From: Candidatus Eiseniibacteriota bacterium
GTDB lineage: Bacteria; Eisenbacteria; RBG-16-71-46; SZUA-252
Reading direction: 5' to 3'
DNA: 64,000 bases
Assembly (NCBI GenBank): GCA_031370645.1
Contig: JANMQV010000152.1
Coordinates: 16,144-80,143 of the forward strand
Shown: positions 38,901 to 47,302 of the stretch, piece by piece
How the letters are laid out: each line of letters opens with the position of its first letter
Position numbering within the stretch: position 1 is the stretch's first letter
Position numbers and translations under genes: made by a program
The notes under the pieces: generated by a model
Seen by the model: only the letters and a program-made list of their open reading frames with translations
Databases searched by the model: none
What the model was told of the DNA's origin: nothing

Positions 38901-39873
38901 ACGCTCCCGGTGCCATCCGACGCGCCACGCCGGCGACTCCCGTGTGGGCCGTCGTGCTCGCGTTCAATCAATTCGACTACACGCGCGAGTGCCTCCGAGC
39001 GCTTCGAGCGCTCGATCCCGCGCCCGATCACGTGCTCCTCGTGGACAGCGGATCGAGCGACGGCACGCCCGCGCGCGCGCGGGCCGAATTCCCCGAAGTG
39101 GAGGTGCTCGCGCTCGGGGAGAATCGCTGGTTTGCGGGAGGGGTGAACGCGGGGTTCGAGCGGGCCCTACCGGCGGGGCCGCATCGGTGCTTCTTCTCAA
39201 CAACGATCTCGTCCTCGAGCGAGGGGCGCTGGGAATTCTTCGTGCCGCGCTCGAAGCGGACGGATCGCGCGGTGCGGTGAGCCCGAAGCTCTTCACCTTC
39301 GACCCACCCGACCGGATCTGGTTCGCCGGCGGTGTCGTGACGCGCGGATTCGGCCTCGTTCGCCATCGCGGCGTGAATCGGAAGGACGACGCGTTCCGCG
39401 ACCGGGCGCTCGCCATCGATTACGTTTCGGGAGCGGCCGTGCTCCTGAGCCGCGAGGCGCTCGAGCGCGTGGGACTCCTCGACACCGATTACGTGATCTA
39501 CGTGGAGGACGTCGACTGGTCGGCGCGCGCGCGTCAAGCGGGATTCACGCTCTGGTACGAACCGGAAGCGAGGGGGTGGCACCACGTCTCGGTGACGAGC
39601 GGGGGGGGGCTCACGCCGCTGAAGGCCTATTTCCGACTCCGCAGCGGCGCGCTTTACCTCTCGCGCCACGAGCCCCGCGCCTCGCGGCCGCTCGCGTGGC
39701 TCGCCTACGGCGCCTGGACCGCGTGGCTCCTCATCGGGACGGCGTGGCGCCGCGATTTCGAATCGGCCGGCGCGCTTCTTCTCGGCTTCGTCGACTTCAC
39801 GCGCGTCCTTCTGGGCGGCCAAGCGCCCGTTCGTAAGCCCGAAGCGTTCGCTCGGCGAGCGCGTCGAGGCTAA
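38891..39873 (+). pseudogene. GT2 glycosyltransferase (rhamnosyltransferase-like) interrupted by a frameshift at a G4 run near 39176
   Basis: The N-terminus (VLAFNQFDYTRECLRALRAL...VDSGSSDGT...ENRWFAGGVNAGFERALPAG) runs in one frame to 39280. The continuation (AASVLLLNNDLVLE...YVEDVDWSARARQAGFTLWYEPEARGWHH) is in another frame. Inserting one G in the GCGGGG run near 39176 restores the LLLNNDLV motif. Confidence 0.65.
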
Positions 39874-40939
39874 AGCGGGCCGCGCGCTCCCGTCCGCGGG
39901 CCGCCATGGCGCGAAGCGGCTCGGGATCGGCCGCGGCGCGCCGTAGCGCTTCGGCGAGCGCCTTCGCGTCTCCGGCCGGAACCACGACGGCGTCCTCTCC
40001 CACCACTTCCGGCAGCGCGCCGCCGTCCGTCGTGACGCAGGGCGTCCCCGCCGCAAGCGCCAGAAGCGGCGGGATGCCGAACCCCTCGTACCGCGACGGA
40101 TAGACAAAGAGCGCCGCCCCCCCGAAGAGCGCGGCCAAGTCGGCGTCGGGAACATAACCGGGGAAGATCGCGTTCACTCGAAGCGCCGCCGCCATCGCTT
40201 CGCACGCTTGCCGATGTTCGTTTCGGCTTCCAGCCAGGACGAGCACGGGGCTCGTCCCGCCGGGGAACGCCGCGGCCATCGCCGCGAGAAGGGTGAAGAG
40301 TCCCTTTCGCGGATCGAATCCCCCCACGTAGAGCCAATAGGGATCTCCGAACGCGCGGCGGTTTTCGGTGAGGCGCGCCGGCGCGGCCGGCACGAACCAT
40401 CGAGGAACGGCGCACGGGACGACCTCCACGCGGGGTGCGGCGTCGGGAATCTTGGCGGCGATGTCGCGGCGGCTCGCTTCGCTCAGCGTGACGATGGCGG
40501 CCGCCCGACGCGCGGAGGAACGAATGGCGCTTCGGTAGAGGGCCCGGTGGAGCCAAGCGGGCTTCGGCCACGGCACTTCCCGAGGAAGCCGCCAGGGAAT
40601 GAGATCGTGGAGCGAAAGGACGCTCGGCATCGGGAGGCCCGCCGGCACGCCATGATTCCACGTCGCGTGAAAGAGATCGGGGCGAGGGTCGAGGGAGGAG
40701 AGGAGCCGCGGCAGGACTCCCCGCTCCCAGCGGATCCGCTGGCCGGGGGAACCGGCCGTGATGACCGGGATGGAGGCCGGGACGCGCCCGGCCGGGACCG
40801 GACGATCGGAAACCCCGACGTAGGAAACGCCGAGGCGGGGTACTTCTTCCAGTAGCTGAGCGACCAAGAGGCCGACGCCGCCCCCGGAATCGAGGGCCAG
40901 CGGCCTCAGGTCGATGGCGACGCGGAGGGAGACGCTCAC
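39797..40939 (-). CDS. glycosyltransferase family 4
   Basis: GT-B fold. C-terminal GT4 motif (SRYEGFGIPPLLALAAGTPCVTTDGGALPEVV). Convergent with the frameshifted GT2 and overlaps it by 77 nt. Confidence 0.75.
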   Translation of the reverse strand: MSVSLRVAIDLRPLALDSGGGVGLLVAQLLEEVPRLGVSYVGVSDRPVPAGRVPASIPVITAGSPGQRIRWERGVLPRLLSSLDPRPDLFHATWNHGVPAGLPMPSVLSLHDLIPWRLPREVPWPKPAWLHRALYRSAIRSSARRAAAIVTLSEASRRDIAAKIPDAAPRVEVVPCAVPRWFVPAAPARLTENRRAFGDPYWLYVGGFDPRKGLFTLLAAMAAAFPGGTSPVLVLAGSRNEHRQACEAMAAALRVNAIFPGYVPDADLAALFGGAALFVYPSRYEGFGIPPLLALAAGTPCVTTDGGALPEVVGEDAVVVPAGDAKALAEALRRAAADPEPLRAMAARGRERAARFSLDALAERTLRAYERALGRPEGRA

Positions 40940-41041
40940 AGCGCCACGCTACGGGAGGAGGGGTGCCAGGTCAACCGATGCCGTTCGGCGCATCCGCCGC
41001 CTTGACTTCACCTTGCGCCGACCGGTAGCCTGAGAGCGTGC

Positions 41042-42211
41042 GTGATTGCGGAGGCGGCCGTGCGTCCCACGTGGGATGTCGTATGGGTGAGTGACATCCC
41101 GTGGTCGGCCCTCTGGCAACGGCCGCAGCAGTTGGCGACCCGCTTCCCCGAGGACGTCCGGATCCTATTCGTCGAGCCATGGACGCTCGGCGCGCCCCCT
41201 GCATGGTCTCCCGAGGAAGTGGCGCCGCGGATCGCGCGGATTTCATTCCCGTTTCTGCCGCTCCATGCCCGGGATCTCCGGCTTCGCCGCTTGGCGTATC
41301 GCCTCGGCTCGTCGGCTCCCGCCACCTCGATGCTCTTCGCCGCGCAGCGACTCTGGGCGAGGCGTTGGCGCGGCTTCGGCCGGCAGGGCGCCCGTCGCCT
41401 CGTGCTGGCACAGAATTTCATGGCCACGCCGTTCCTCGAAGCGTGGCGTCCCGATCGGATCGTCTACGACATGATCGACGCGCCCCTTCACTTCGCTCCG
41501 GTGCCGCCGCGGCTCGTGCCGCAGTGGCAAGCGCTGCTCTCCCGCGCCGATCGGGTGATCGTCACGTCGGAGGCATTGGTGTCGCTCGCGAAGTCGGGAG
41601 GTGCGACGGCGCCGGCCTTGATCGGGAACGGCGTCGAGGCGGACCGATTCGATCCTAACCGCGTGACGCCGGCCGTGCTCCCTGGGAATCCCGAAGCGCC
41701 GGCGTTCGGATATGTTGGCTCGCTACATTCGTGGTTCGATCTCGAGTTGGTGGCGGCGCTCGCCGAAGCGATGCCCGAATCGCGCGTGGTGCTGGTCGGC
41801 CCCGCGCCCCCCGAGACGGCCGCGGCGTTGGAGCGGCTGATGACCTCTCGGCCGAATCTTCATTGGATGGGACCGCGGCCCTACGTGGAAGTGCCCGCGC
41901 TCGTTCGGGCCTTCCGCGTCGGCCTCATCCCGTTTCGCCGCACCCCGCTCACGGAGGCGGTGAATCCCGTGAAGCTCTACGAGTACGCCGCGGCAGGCGT
42001 TCCGACGGTGACAACTCGATTCAGTGACGAAGTCGAGGGTTGGAGCGACGCGGCGCGCGTGGCCGACGGCCCCGAAGCATTTCTCAGCGCGTGCCGGGAC
42101 GCGGCGGCCGCACCGCCCGATGTCGCGTCGCTTCGCGCGTTCGCGAGGCGGCACGATTGGGAGGCCATTGCCGCGCGGTTCGTCGCGGCCAGTCTGGAGG
42201 AGGCGGCGTGA
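41042..42211 (+). CDS. glycosyltransferase (GT-B, group 1-like)
   Basis: C-terminal half has group-1 GT features (GYVGSLHSWFDLELV, PVKLYEYAAAGVPTV). N-terminal half is divergent. Confidence 0.6.
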   Translation: MIAEAAVRPTWDVVWVSDIPWSALWQRPQQLATRFPEDVRILFVEPWTLGAPPAWSPEEVAPRIARISFPFLPLHARDLRLRRLAYRLGSSAPATSMLFAAQRLWARRWRGFGRQGARRLVLAQNFMATPFLEAWRPDRIVYDMIDAPLHFAPVPPRLVPQWQALLSRADRVIVTSEALVSLAKSGGATAPALIGNGVEADRFDPNRVTPAVLPGNPEAPAFGYVGSLHSWFDLELVAALAEAMPESRVVLVGPAPPETAAALERLMTSRPNLHWMGPRPYVEVPALVRAFRVGLIPFRRTPLTEAVNPVKLYEYAAAGVPTVTTRFSDEVEGWSDAARVADGPEAFLSACRDAAAAPPDVASLRAFARRHDWEAIAARFVAASLEEAA

Positions 42212-44628
42212 AGCAGTCGTTGGGCTGGCGGTGGGCGTACGGAGCGACGGCGCTGCTCGTGCTTGTCTTCTTCTACCCGATCGTCTTCGGCAAGGTCTTC
42301 CTCTCGCCGGACTCGGTCGCCCCCGCGGGCTTCTCGAAGATCGCCTTGGAAGCCCTCACGCAGCGCGGCGTCTACGCGCTTTGGAATCCATATCACTTCC
42401 TCGGAATGCCGTCGTTCGGGAGTCTCGCCCACGTCCCGTTCGTCTATCCGCCCGACGTCATCTTTGGATTTCTGAACCAGAATCTCGGATTCCCCGATCT
42501 CACGTGGCTCATCGCGCATTACCTCCTCCTCGCCGTGAGCATGGTGGCGCTCTTGCGGGCGCTCGGTGCGGGCCCGGAAGCGGCCGCCATCGGGGCCACG
42601 ACGCTCGCGCTGACTCCGAATCTCGTGGCGGTCGGGGCGTTCGGACACGGCAGCCAGATCATGACGGCCGCTTACCTGCCGCTCCTCTTTCTCCTCTACG
42701 ATCGCTACGCGCGGCGAGGCTCGCTCCTCGCGCTCTCCGCCTTCGCGCTCGCCGCCGCGTTCCAACTGCTGCGCGGACACGTGCAGATCGTCTTCTACAG
42801 CTGGTTCGCGCTCGGGCTCTACGCGCTATTCCTCTCCGTGGCGGCCTTCCGCGAGGGACGGCGGCCGGACGGGATTCGTGCCCTGGTGGGGCTCGCGACG
42901 GGCCTGGGGCTCGCCTTCGGGATGAGCGCCTTCCTCTACCTGCCCATTCGCGACTACGCCGAACACTCGGTGCGAAGCGCCGGCGCGGGCGGGGGCGCCG
43001 GATTCGAGTACGCCACCTCGTGGTCGTTCGCCCCGCGGGAGATGCTCACCTTCCTCATTCCTTCCATGTTCGGTTTCGGCGGGCAAACCTACTGGGGAGC
43101 CATGCCGTTCACCGACTATCCGAATTACATGGGGATCATTCCGTTCGCGCTCGCGCTCTACGCCGCCGTCACGCTCCGGGGGACGATGCGCGCGTTTCTC
43201 GTCACGCTCGCCGGCGTTTCGCTCCTCATCTCGTTCGGCAAGCACTTCGCGCCGCTCTACGCGCTCCTCTACGACCACCTGCCGTTCTTCAACAAGTTCC
43301 GCGTGCCGGTGATGATTCTCGTCCTCGTCCAATTCGCCACGGCGGCGCTCGCGGCGTTGGGGATCGACCGGGCGATGAGGATGCCCGAGGCGGGGAAGCG
43401 CACCGGGGCCGCCGCGGCCGCGGCGACGACCGCCGCGGCGGGGCCGTGGTGGCGCGCCTGCGCCATGGCCATCGGCGGAGCCATCGGCGGGATCGCGCTC
43501 TTCCAGGCGTTTCGCCCGTCGCTCGAAGCGGCAGCCGCGTCGAGTCGCGCGAACATGAATCAGGGGCTCGCGCGTCTCGCGCTCGACATGGCCTCGATCG
43601 ATCTCCTCAAGTCGGGGATCCTGCTCGCGTTCGGCTTCGCCGCGATCGCGCTCTACCGGTCCGGCCGGGTGGGGAAGAGCGTGGCGGCGGCAGCGCTCCT
43701 CTTGATCACCGCGGGCGACCTCTGGACCCTCGACCGGCGGATCATGGATCCGCAGGTCGGGACGAAGCGCGAGTACGCCGACTACTTCGCCGAGTCGCCG
43801 GAGGTGACCTTCCTTCGCGGCGATTCGACGCAGTTTCGCGTCCTCCCGACGGCGTGGAACGACGCGCGCCTCGCCTCCTTCGGTGTGGCGTCGGTGCTCG
43901 GCTACCATCCGGCGAAACCGCGGCTCTACCAAGCCTTCATCGATACGATCGGGATCAACAGCATGGAAACGCTCCAAATGCTGAACACAAAGTACGTCTT
44001 GTCCGATCGGTACTTTCCCGCCGACATGCAGGGGCTCCGGCTCCGGTTCGACGGAAAGGTGAAGACGTACGAGGTGGACGGGGCGTTGCCGCGGGCGTAC
44101 GTGGTCCATCATCTCTACCCGGTTCGCGACGAGTCGATGGCGCTCGCCGCCATTCGCGCGCACGGGGTCGATCCGCGGCTGGAGGCGGTCTGGACGAAGC
44201 CCGACCCCCTCCCGACCCTCGCCAACCCGTCGCTTCCCGATTCGGTGCGGCTCCTCCTCTTCGATTTCAACGAGGTGGAATACAGCGTCTCCACGAACGC
44301 GTCCGGTCTTCTCGTGACGATCGATCAGTGGGATCCCGACTGGAGCGTCACGGTGGACGGGAAGGCAGCCGACCTGGAGCGCGTGAATTACCTGATGCGC
44401 GGCGTGTTGATCCCCGAGGGGGTCCACATCGTTCGGTTCCACTACATGCCGCGAGCGCTCGAGGCGGGCATCCGAATCTCGGCGGCCTCCCTGGCGCTCA
44501 CGATCTTGCTGGCGGGATTGGGGCTCGTGACGGGGCGCCGGCGCCGCGCGATGCCGCCTGCCGCCACGGACGATTCGCCCGCGGCGGCGCACGCGTCCGC
44601 GGAGAAGCGAAAGGGGAAACGCGCGTGA
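42208..44628 (+). CDS. YfhO-like polytopic membrane protein (GT-C-fold glycosyltransferase candidate)
   Basis: About 807 aa: roughly 14 TM helices in the N-terminal 450 aa, then a large soluble C-terminal domain and a final TM helix. Overall architecture is that of the YfhO family. A Dpm1-like GT2 gene follows immediately (GTGA overlap). Confidence 0.5.
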   Translation: MKQSLGWRWAYGATALLVLVFFYPIVFGKVFLSPDSVAPAGFSKIALEALTQRGVYALWNPYHFLGMPSFGSLAHVPFVYPPDVIFGFLNQNLGFPDLTWLIAHYLLLAVSMVALLRALGAGPEAAAIGATTLALTPNLVAVGAFGHGSQIMTAAYLPLLFLLYDRYARRGSLLALSAFALAAAFQLLRGHVQIVFYSWFALGLYALFLSVAAFREGRRPDGIRALVGLATGLGLAFGMSAFLYLPIRDYAEHSVRSAGAGGGAGFEYATSWSFAPREMLTFLIPSMFGFGGQTYWGAMPFTDYPNYMGIIPFALALYAAVTLRGTMRAFLVTLAGVSLLISFGKHFAPLYALLYDHLPFFNKFRVPVMILVLVQFATAALAALGIDRAMRMPEAGKRTGAAAAAATTAAAGPWWRACAMAIGGAIGGIALFQAFRPSLEAAAASSRANMNQGLARLALDMASIDLLKSGILLAFGFAAIALYRSGRVGKSVAAAALLLITAGDLWTLDRRIMDPQVGTKREYADYFAESPEVTFLRGDSTQFRVLPTAWNDARLASFGVASVLGYHPAKPRLYQAFIDTIGINSMETLQMLNTKYVLSDRYFPADMQGLRLRFDGKVKTYEVDGALPRAYVVHHLYPVRDESMALAAIRAHGVDPRLEAVWTKPDPLPTLANPSLPDSVRLLLFDFNEVEYSVSTNASGLLVTIDQWDPDWSVTVDGKAADLERVNYLMRGVLIPEGVHIVRFHYMPRALEAGIRISAASLALTILLAGLGLVTGRRRRAMPPAATDDSPAAAHASAEKRKGKRA

Positions 44629-45338
44629 AAGCGCTCGTCATCATCCCGACCTACAACGAACGGGAGAACCTCACCGAGCTCCTTCGCCAGATCTTCGCGC
44701 TCGGCATCGGCCTCGAGGTTCTGATCGTGGACGACAACTCGCCGGACCGCACCGGGCAGTTGGCGGACGAGATGGCCGCCGCCGACCCGCACATCCACGT
44801 GCTCCATCGCGCGGGGAAGATGGGACTCGGTTCGGCCTACGTGGCGGGGTTTCGCTACGCCCTCGATCGCGACTACGAGGCGATCTTCGAGATGGACGCC
44901 GACTTCTCGCACAGTCCCGAGAGCCTGCCGGTGTTCCTGAAGGAACTCGAGTCGGCCGACCTCGTCCTCGGTTCTCGCTATCTGCACGGCGTGACGGTCG
45001 TGAACTGGCCGCTCAGCCGCCTCATTCTTTCCTACGCGGCGAATGTCTACAGCCGCGTCATCACGGGCATGAACATCAAGGACGCCACCGGCGGCTTCAA
45101 ATGCTTCCGGCGCCAAGTGCTCGAAGCGATCGATTGGAGTCGCGTGAAATCGGACGGCTACGGATTCCAGATCGAGATCAACTTCAAGGCGTTCCGGAAG
45201 GGATTCCGCATCAAGGAGATTCCGATCCTCTTCGTCGACCGGCGCGCCGGGGAGTCGAAGATGTCGCGGAAGATCGTATGGGAGGCCGCCTACATGGTTT
45301 GGCGCCTGCGGGTCCTCGACCTCATCGGGGCGCTGTAG
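44625..45338 (+). CDS. polyprenol-monophosphate mannose/sugar synthase (DPM1-like GT2)
   Basis: VIIPTYNEREN, VDDNSPDRTG and the FEMDADFSH DxD region are close to the Dpm1/Ppm1 family. A soluble form without a TM tail. Confidence 0.8.
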   Translation: MKALVIIPTYNERENLTELLRQIFALGIGLEVLIVDDNSPDRTGQLADEMAAADPHIHVLHRAGKMGLGSAYVAGFRYALDRDYEAIFEMDADFSHSPESLPVFLKELESADLVLGSRYLHGVTVVNWPLSRLILSYAANVYSRVITGMNIKDATGGFKCFRRQVLEAIDWSRVKSDGYGFQIEINFKAFRKGFRIKEIPILFVDRRAGESKMSRKIVWEAAYMVWRLRVLDLIGAL

Positions 45339-45349
45339 CCCGCGCGCCC

Positions 45350-47302
45350 ATGGGCGTCTCCCTCGTCGTCGTCCACTACCGCACCCGGGAGCCGCTCGCT
45401 CGCCTTCTGGCGTCGCTTCGCACCGCGCGCCCGGCTCCCGTGCGCGAGCTCATCATCGTGAACAACTCGGGCGAGCCGCTCGACGACCTGGTCGCGGGCT
45501 CCGGTCTTCCGACGCGTGTTCTCTCGCCGGGGAAGAATCTTGGATACGCGGGGGGCGTGAACCTCGGCATCCGCGCGGCGACCGAGGAGGATGTGCTGAT
45601 CCTGAACCCCGACATCCAGGTGACGCCGGGGTCGGTGGAGGCGCTCGTCCTCTGCGCCGAGCAGCGGCCGCGCGCCGGACTCGTGGCCCCGAAGCTCGTC
45701 TTCCCGGACGGAACGCTTCAGCTTTCCGTCCGGCGCTTCTACAATGCGAAAACACTCCTCCTCCGCCGGCTCCCACTGGGACCGATGGCGGAGCGGAGTC
45801 GAATCGTCCGCGACCACTTGATGGCCGATTGGGATCACGAGGAGTCGCGCCCCGTCGACTGGGCGCTCGGCGCCGCCCTCTTCGCGCGGCGGCGTGCCAT
45901 GCGGGACGTCGGGCTCATGGACGAGCGCTACTTCCTCTACTTCGAAGACGTCGATTGGTGCGAGCGGATGTGGCGCCACGGCTTCGAAGTGGTCTACTGC
46001 GCCGAGTCGCGCATGGTGCACGAGCACCAACGCGCCAGCGCCCGTCTCGAACCGCGGTCGTGGAAGGCCCATGCCGCGGGACTCCTCCGATTCGCGGAAA
46101 AGTGGAGTGCCGTCCTTTACGCCGTGAGCCAATACCGCCGCCGCATCGTGCAGGGCGTCGCTCTCGCGGGCGACCTGATCGCCGTCTCCGCCGCGTTCCT
46201 GGCGGCGTACGGCTTTCGCCTGCTCCTCGATCCGTGGTTCGAGAAGCCGGTCTTTCCGCTTCCGAACTACCGCGGTCTCTTCGTCTTCGCCCTCGCCATG
46301 ACCATTGCCTCCCTCGCCTGGAACGGACTCTATCGCCGTCTCTCGTTCACGGACGGAATCGATCGCGCGTTTTCGCTCGGGCGCGCCGTCGTGCAGGCGG
46401 GACTCCTCGTCATGGCGGCGACGTTCTTCTTCCAGACGCCCCGATTCTCGCGCGTCCTCGTCCTCCTCCTGGGGCCGCTCTGTTTCGGAATGCTTCTCGT
46501 CTCTCGCGCCGCGGTGGAGCGGCTCGGCGCCGGGGCGCGGCGACACGGTTTCGCCTTCCGCCGCGTGCTCCTCCTCGGGAGCGGCGAAGCGGCGGCGCGC
46601 GCGCGCGCGGCGCTCGAGGAAGCACGGGGCGAAGGGTTCGAGCCGCTTCGCGCCGAGTACTCGGGTCCCGAAGGGGAGACGCCGGAGGCAGCCGCGGCGA
46701 GGCTTCGGACTCTCGTCGCGACGGAACGAATCCAGATCGTCCTCCTCGTTCCCGACGAGCTGGAGCTTCCGCATCTCCTCGCCGTCGGCGCGGCCCTCCG
46801 CGAGTGCGGCGCGGCCATCTGGTGGGCCGGCCCGGCCGCGCTCTTGGCCCCGCTCGGCGCCGAGTCGCGGCTCGGCCCGCTTGACGCCGTGCTCCTCCAC
46901 ACTCCCTCGCGCGGACTCGGTCCGCGCACGCGGAAGCGAGTGAGCGATCTCTTCCTTTCGTTCTTGGTGGCGCCGTGGCGCTGGGGTGGGCTCCGCGCCT
47001 ATCTCGCCGCGCACGAGGAGCCGCTCCGTCCCGCCGAAGCGTGGCGCCAAGTGTGGAGCGGAGAACGCTCCTGGGTAGGCCGGAGCCGGTACGAAGTCGA
47101 TCGCTGGGCCGGCATACCGTCGTGGGCGCGGCTCGCGCTCCAAACGCTTCGCCCCGGGGTCGTCTCGCCCGCGCTCTCGAGCAAGAACGGCGCCGATCGC
47201 ACCGCGCGCTTGGAGTCCGAGCTCGCCTATCTCTCTCGATTCTCGATGGCGGAGGACCTGCGGCTCTTCCTTCGCGCGACGCGCGGGCAGGGAACCCGAT
47301 GA
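45350..47302 (+). CDS. fusion protein: N-terminal GT2 (rhamnosyltransferase-like) + polytopic region with degenerate polyprenyl-glycosylphosphotransferase (WbaP-like) features
   Basis: Residues 1-250 form a complete GT2 domain (VVVHYRT, NNSG, NLGYAGGVN, YFEDVDWCERM). Then come TM helices and a CoA-binding-like segment arranged as in the WbaP N-terminus. The C-terminus keeps only fragments of the Bac_transf catalytic domain. Confidence 0.6.
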   Translation: MGVSLVVVHYRTREPLARLLASLRTARPAPVRELIIVNNSGEPLDDLVAGSGLPTRVLSPGKNLGYAGGVNLGIRAATEEDVLILNPDIQVTPGSVEALVLCAEQRPRAGLVAPKLVFPDGTLQLSVRRFYNAKTLLLRRLPLGPMAERSRIVRDHLMADWDHEESRPVDWALGAALFARRRAMRDVGLMDERYFLYFEDVDWCERMWRHGFEVVYCAESRMVHEHQRASARLEPRSWKAHAAGLLRFAEKWSAVLYAVSQYRRRIVQGVALAGDLIAVSAAFLAAYGFRLLLDPWFEKPVFPLPNYRGLFVFALAMTIASLAWNGLYRRLSFTDGIDRAFSLGRAVVQAGLLVMAATFFFQTPRFSRVLVLLLGPLCFGMLLVSRAAVERLGAGARRHGFAFRRVLLLGSGEAAARARAALEEARGEGFEPLRAEYSGPEGETPEAAAARLRTLVATERIQIVLLVPDELELPHLLAVGAALRECGAAIWWAGPAALLAPLGAESRLGPLDAVLLHTPSRGLGPRTRKRVSDLFLSFLVAPWRWGGLRAYLAAHEEPLRPAEAWRQVWSGERSWVGRSRYEVDRWAGIPSWARLALQTLRPGVVSPALSSKNGADRTARLESELAYLSRFSMAEDLRLFLRATRGQGTR

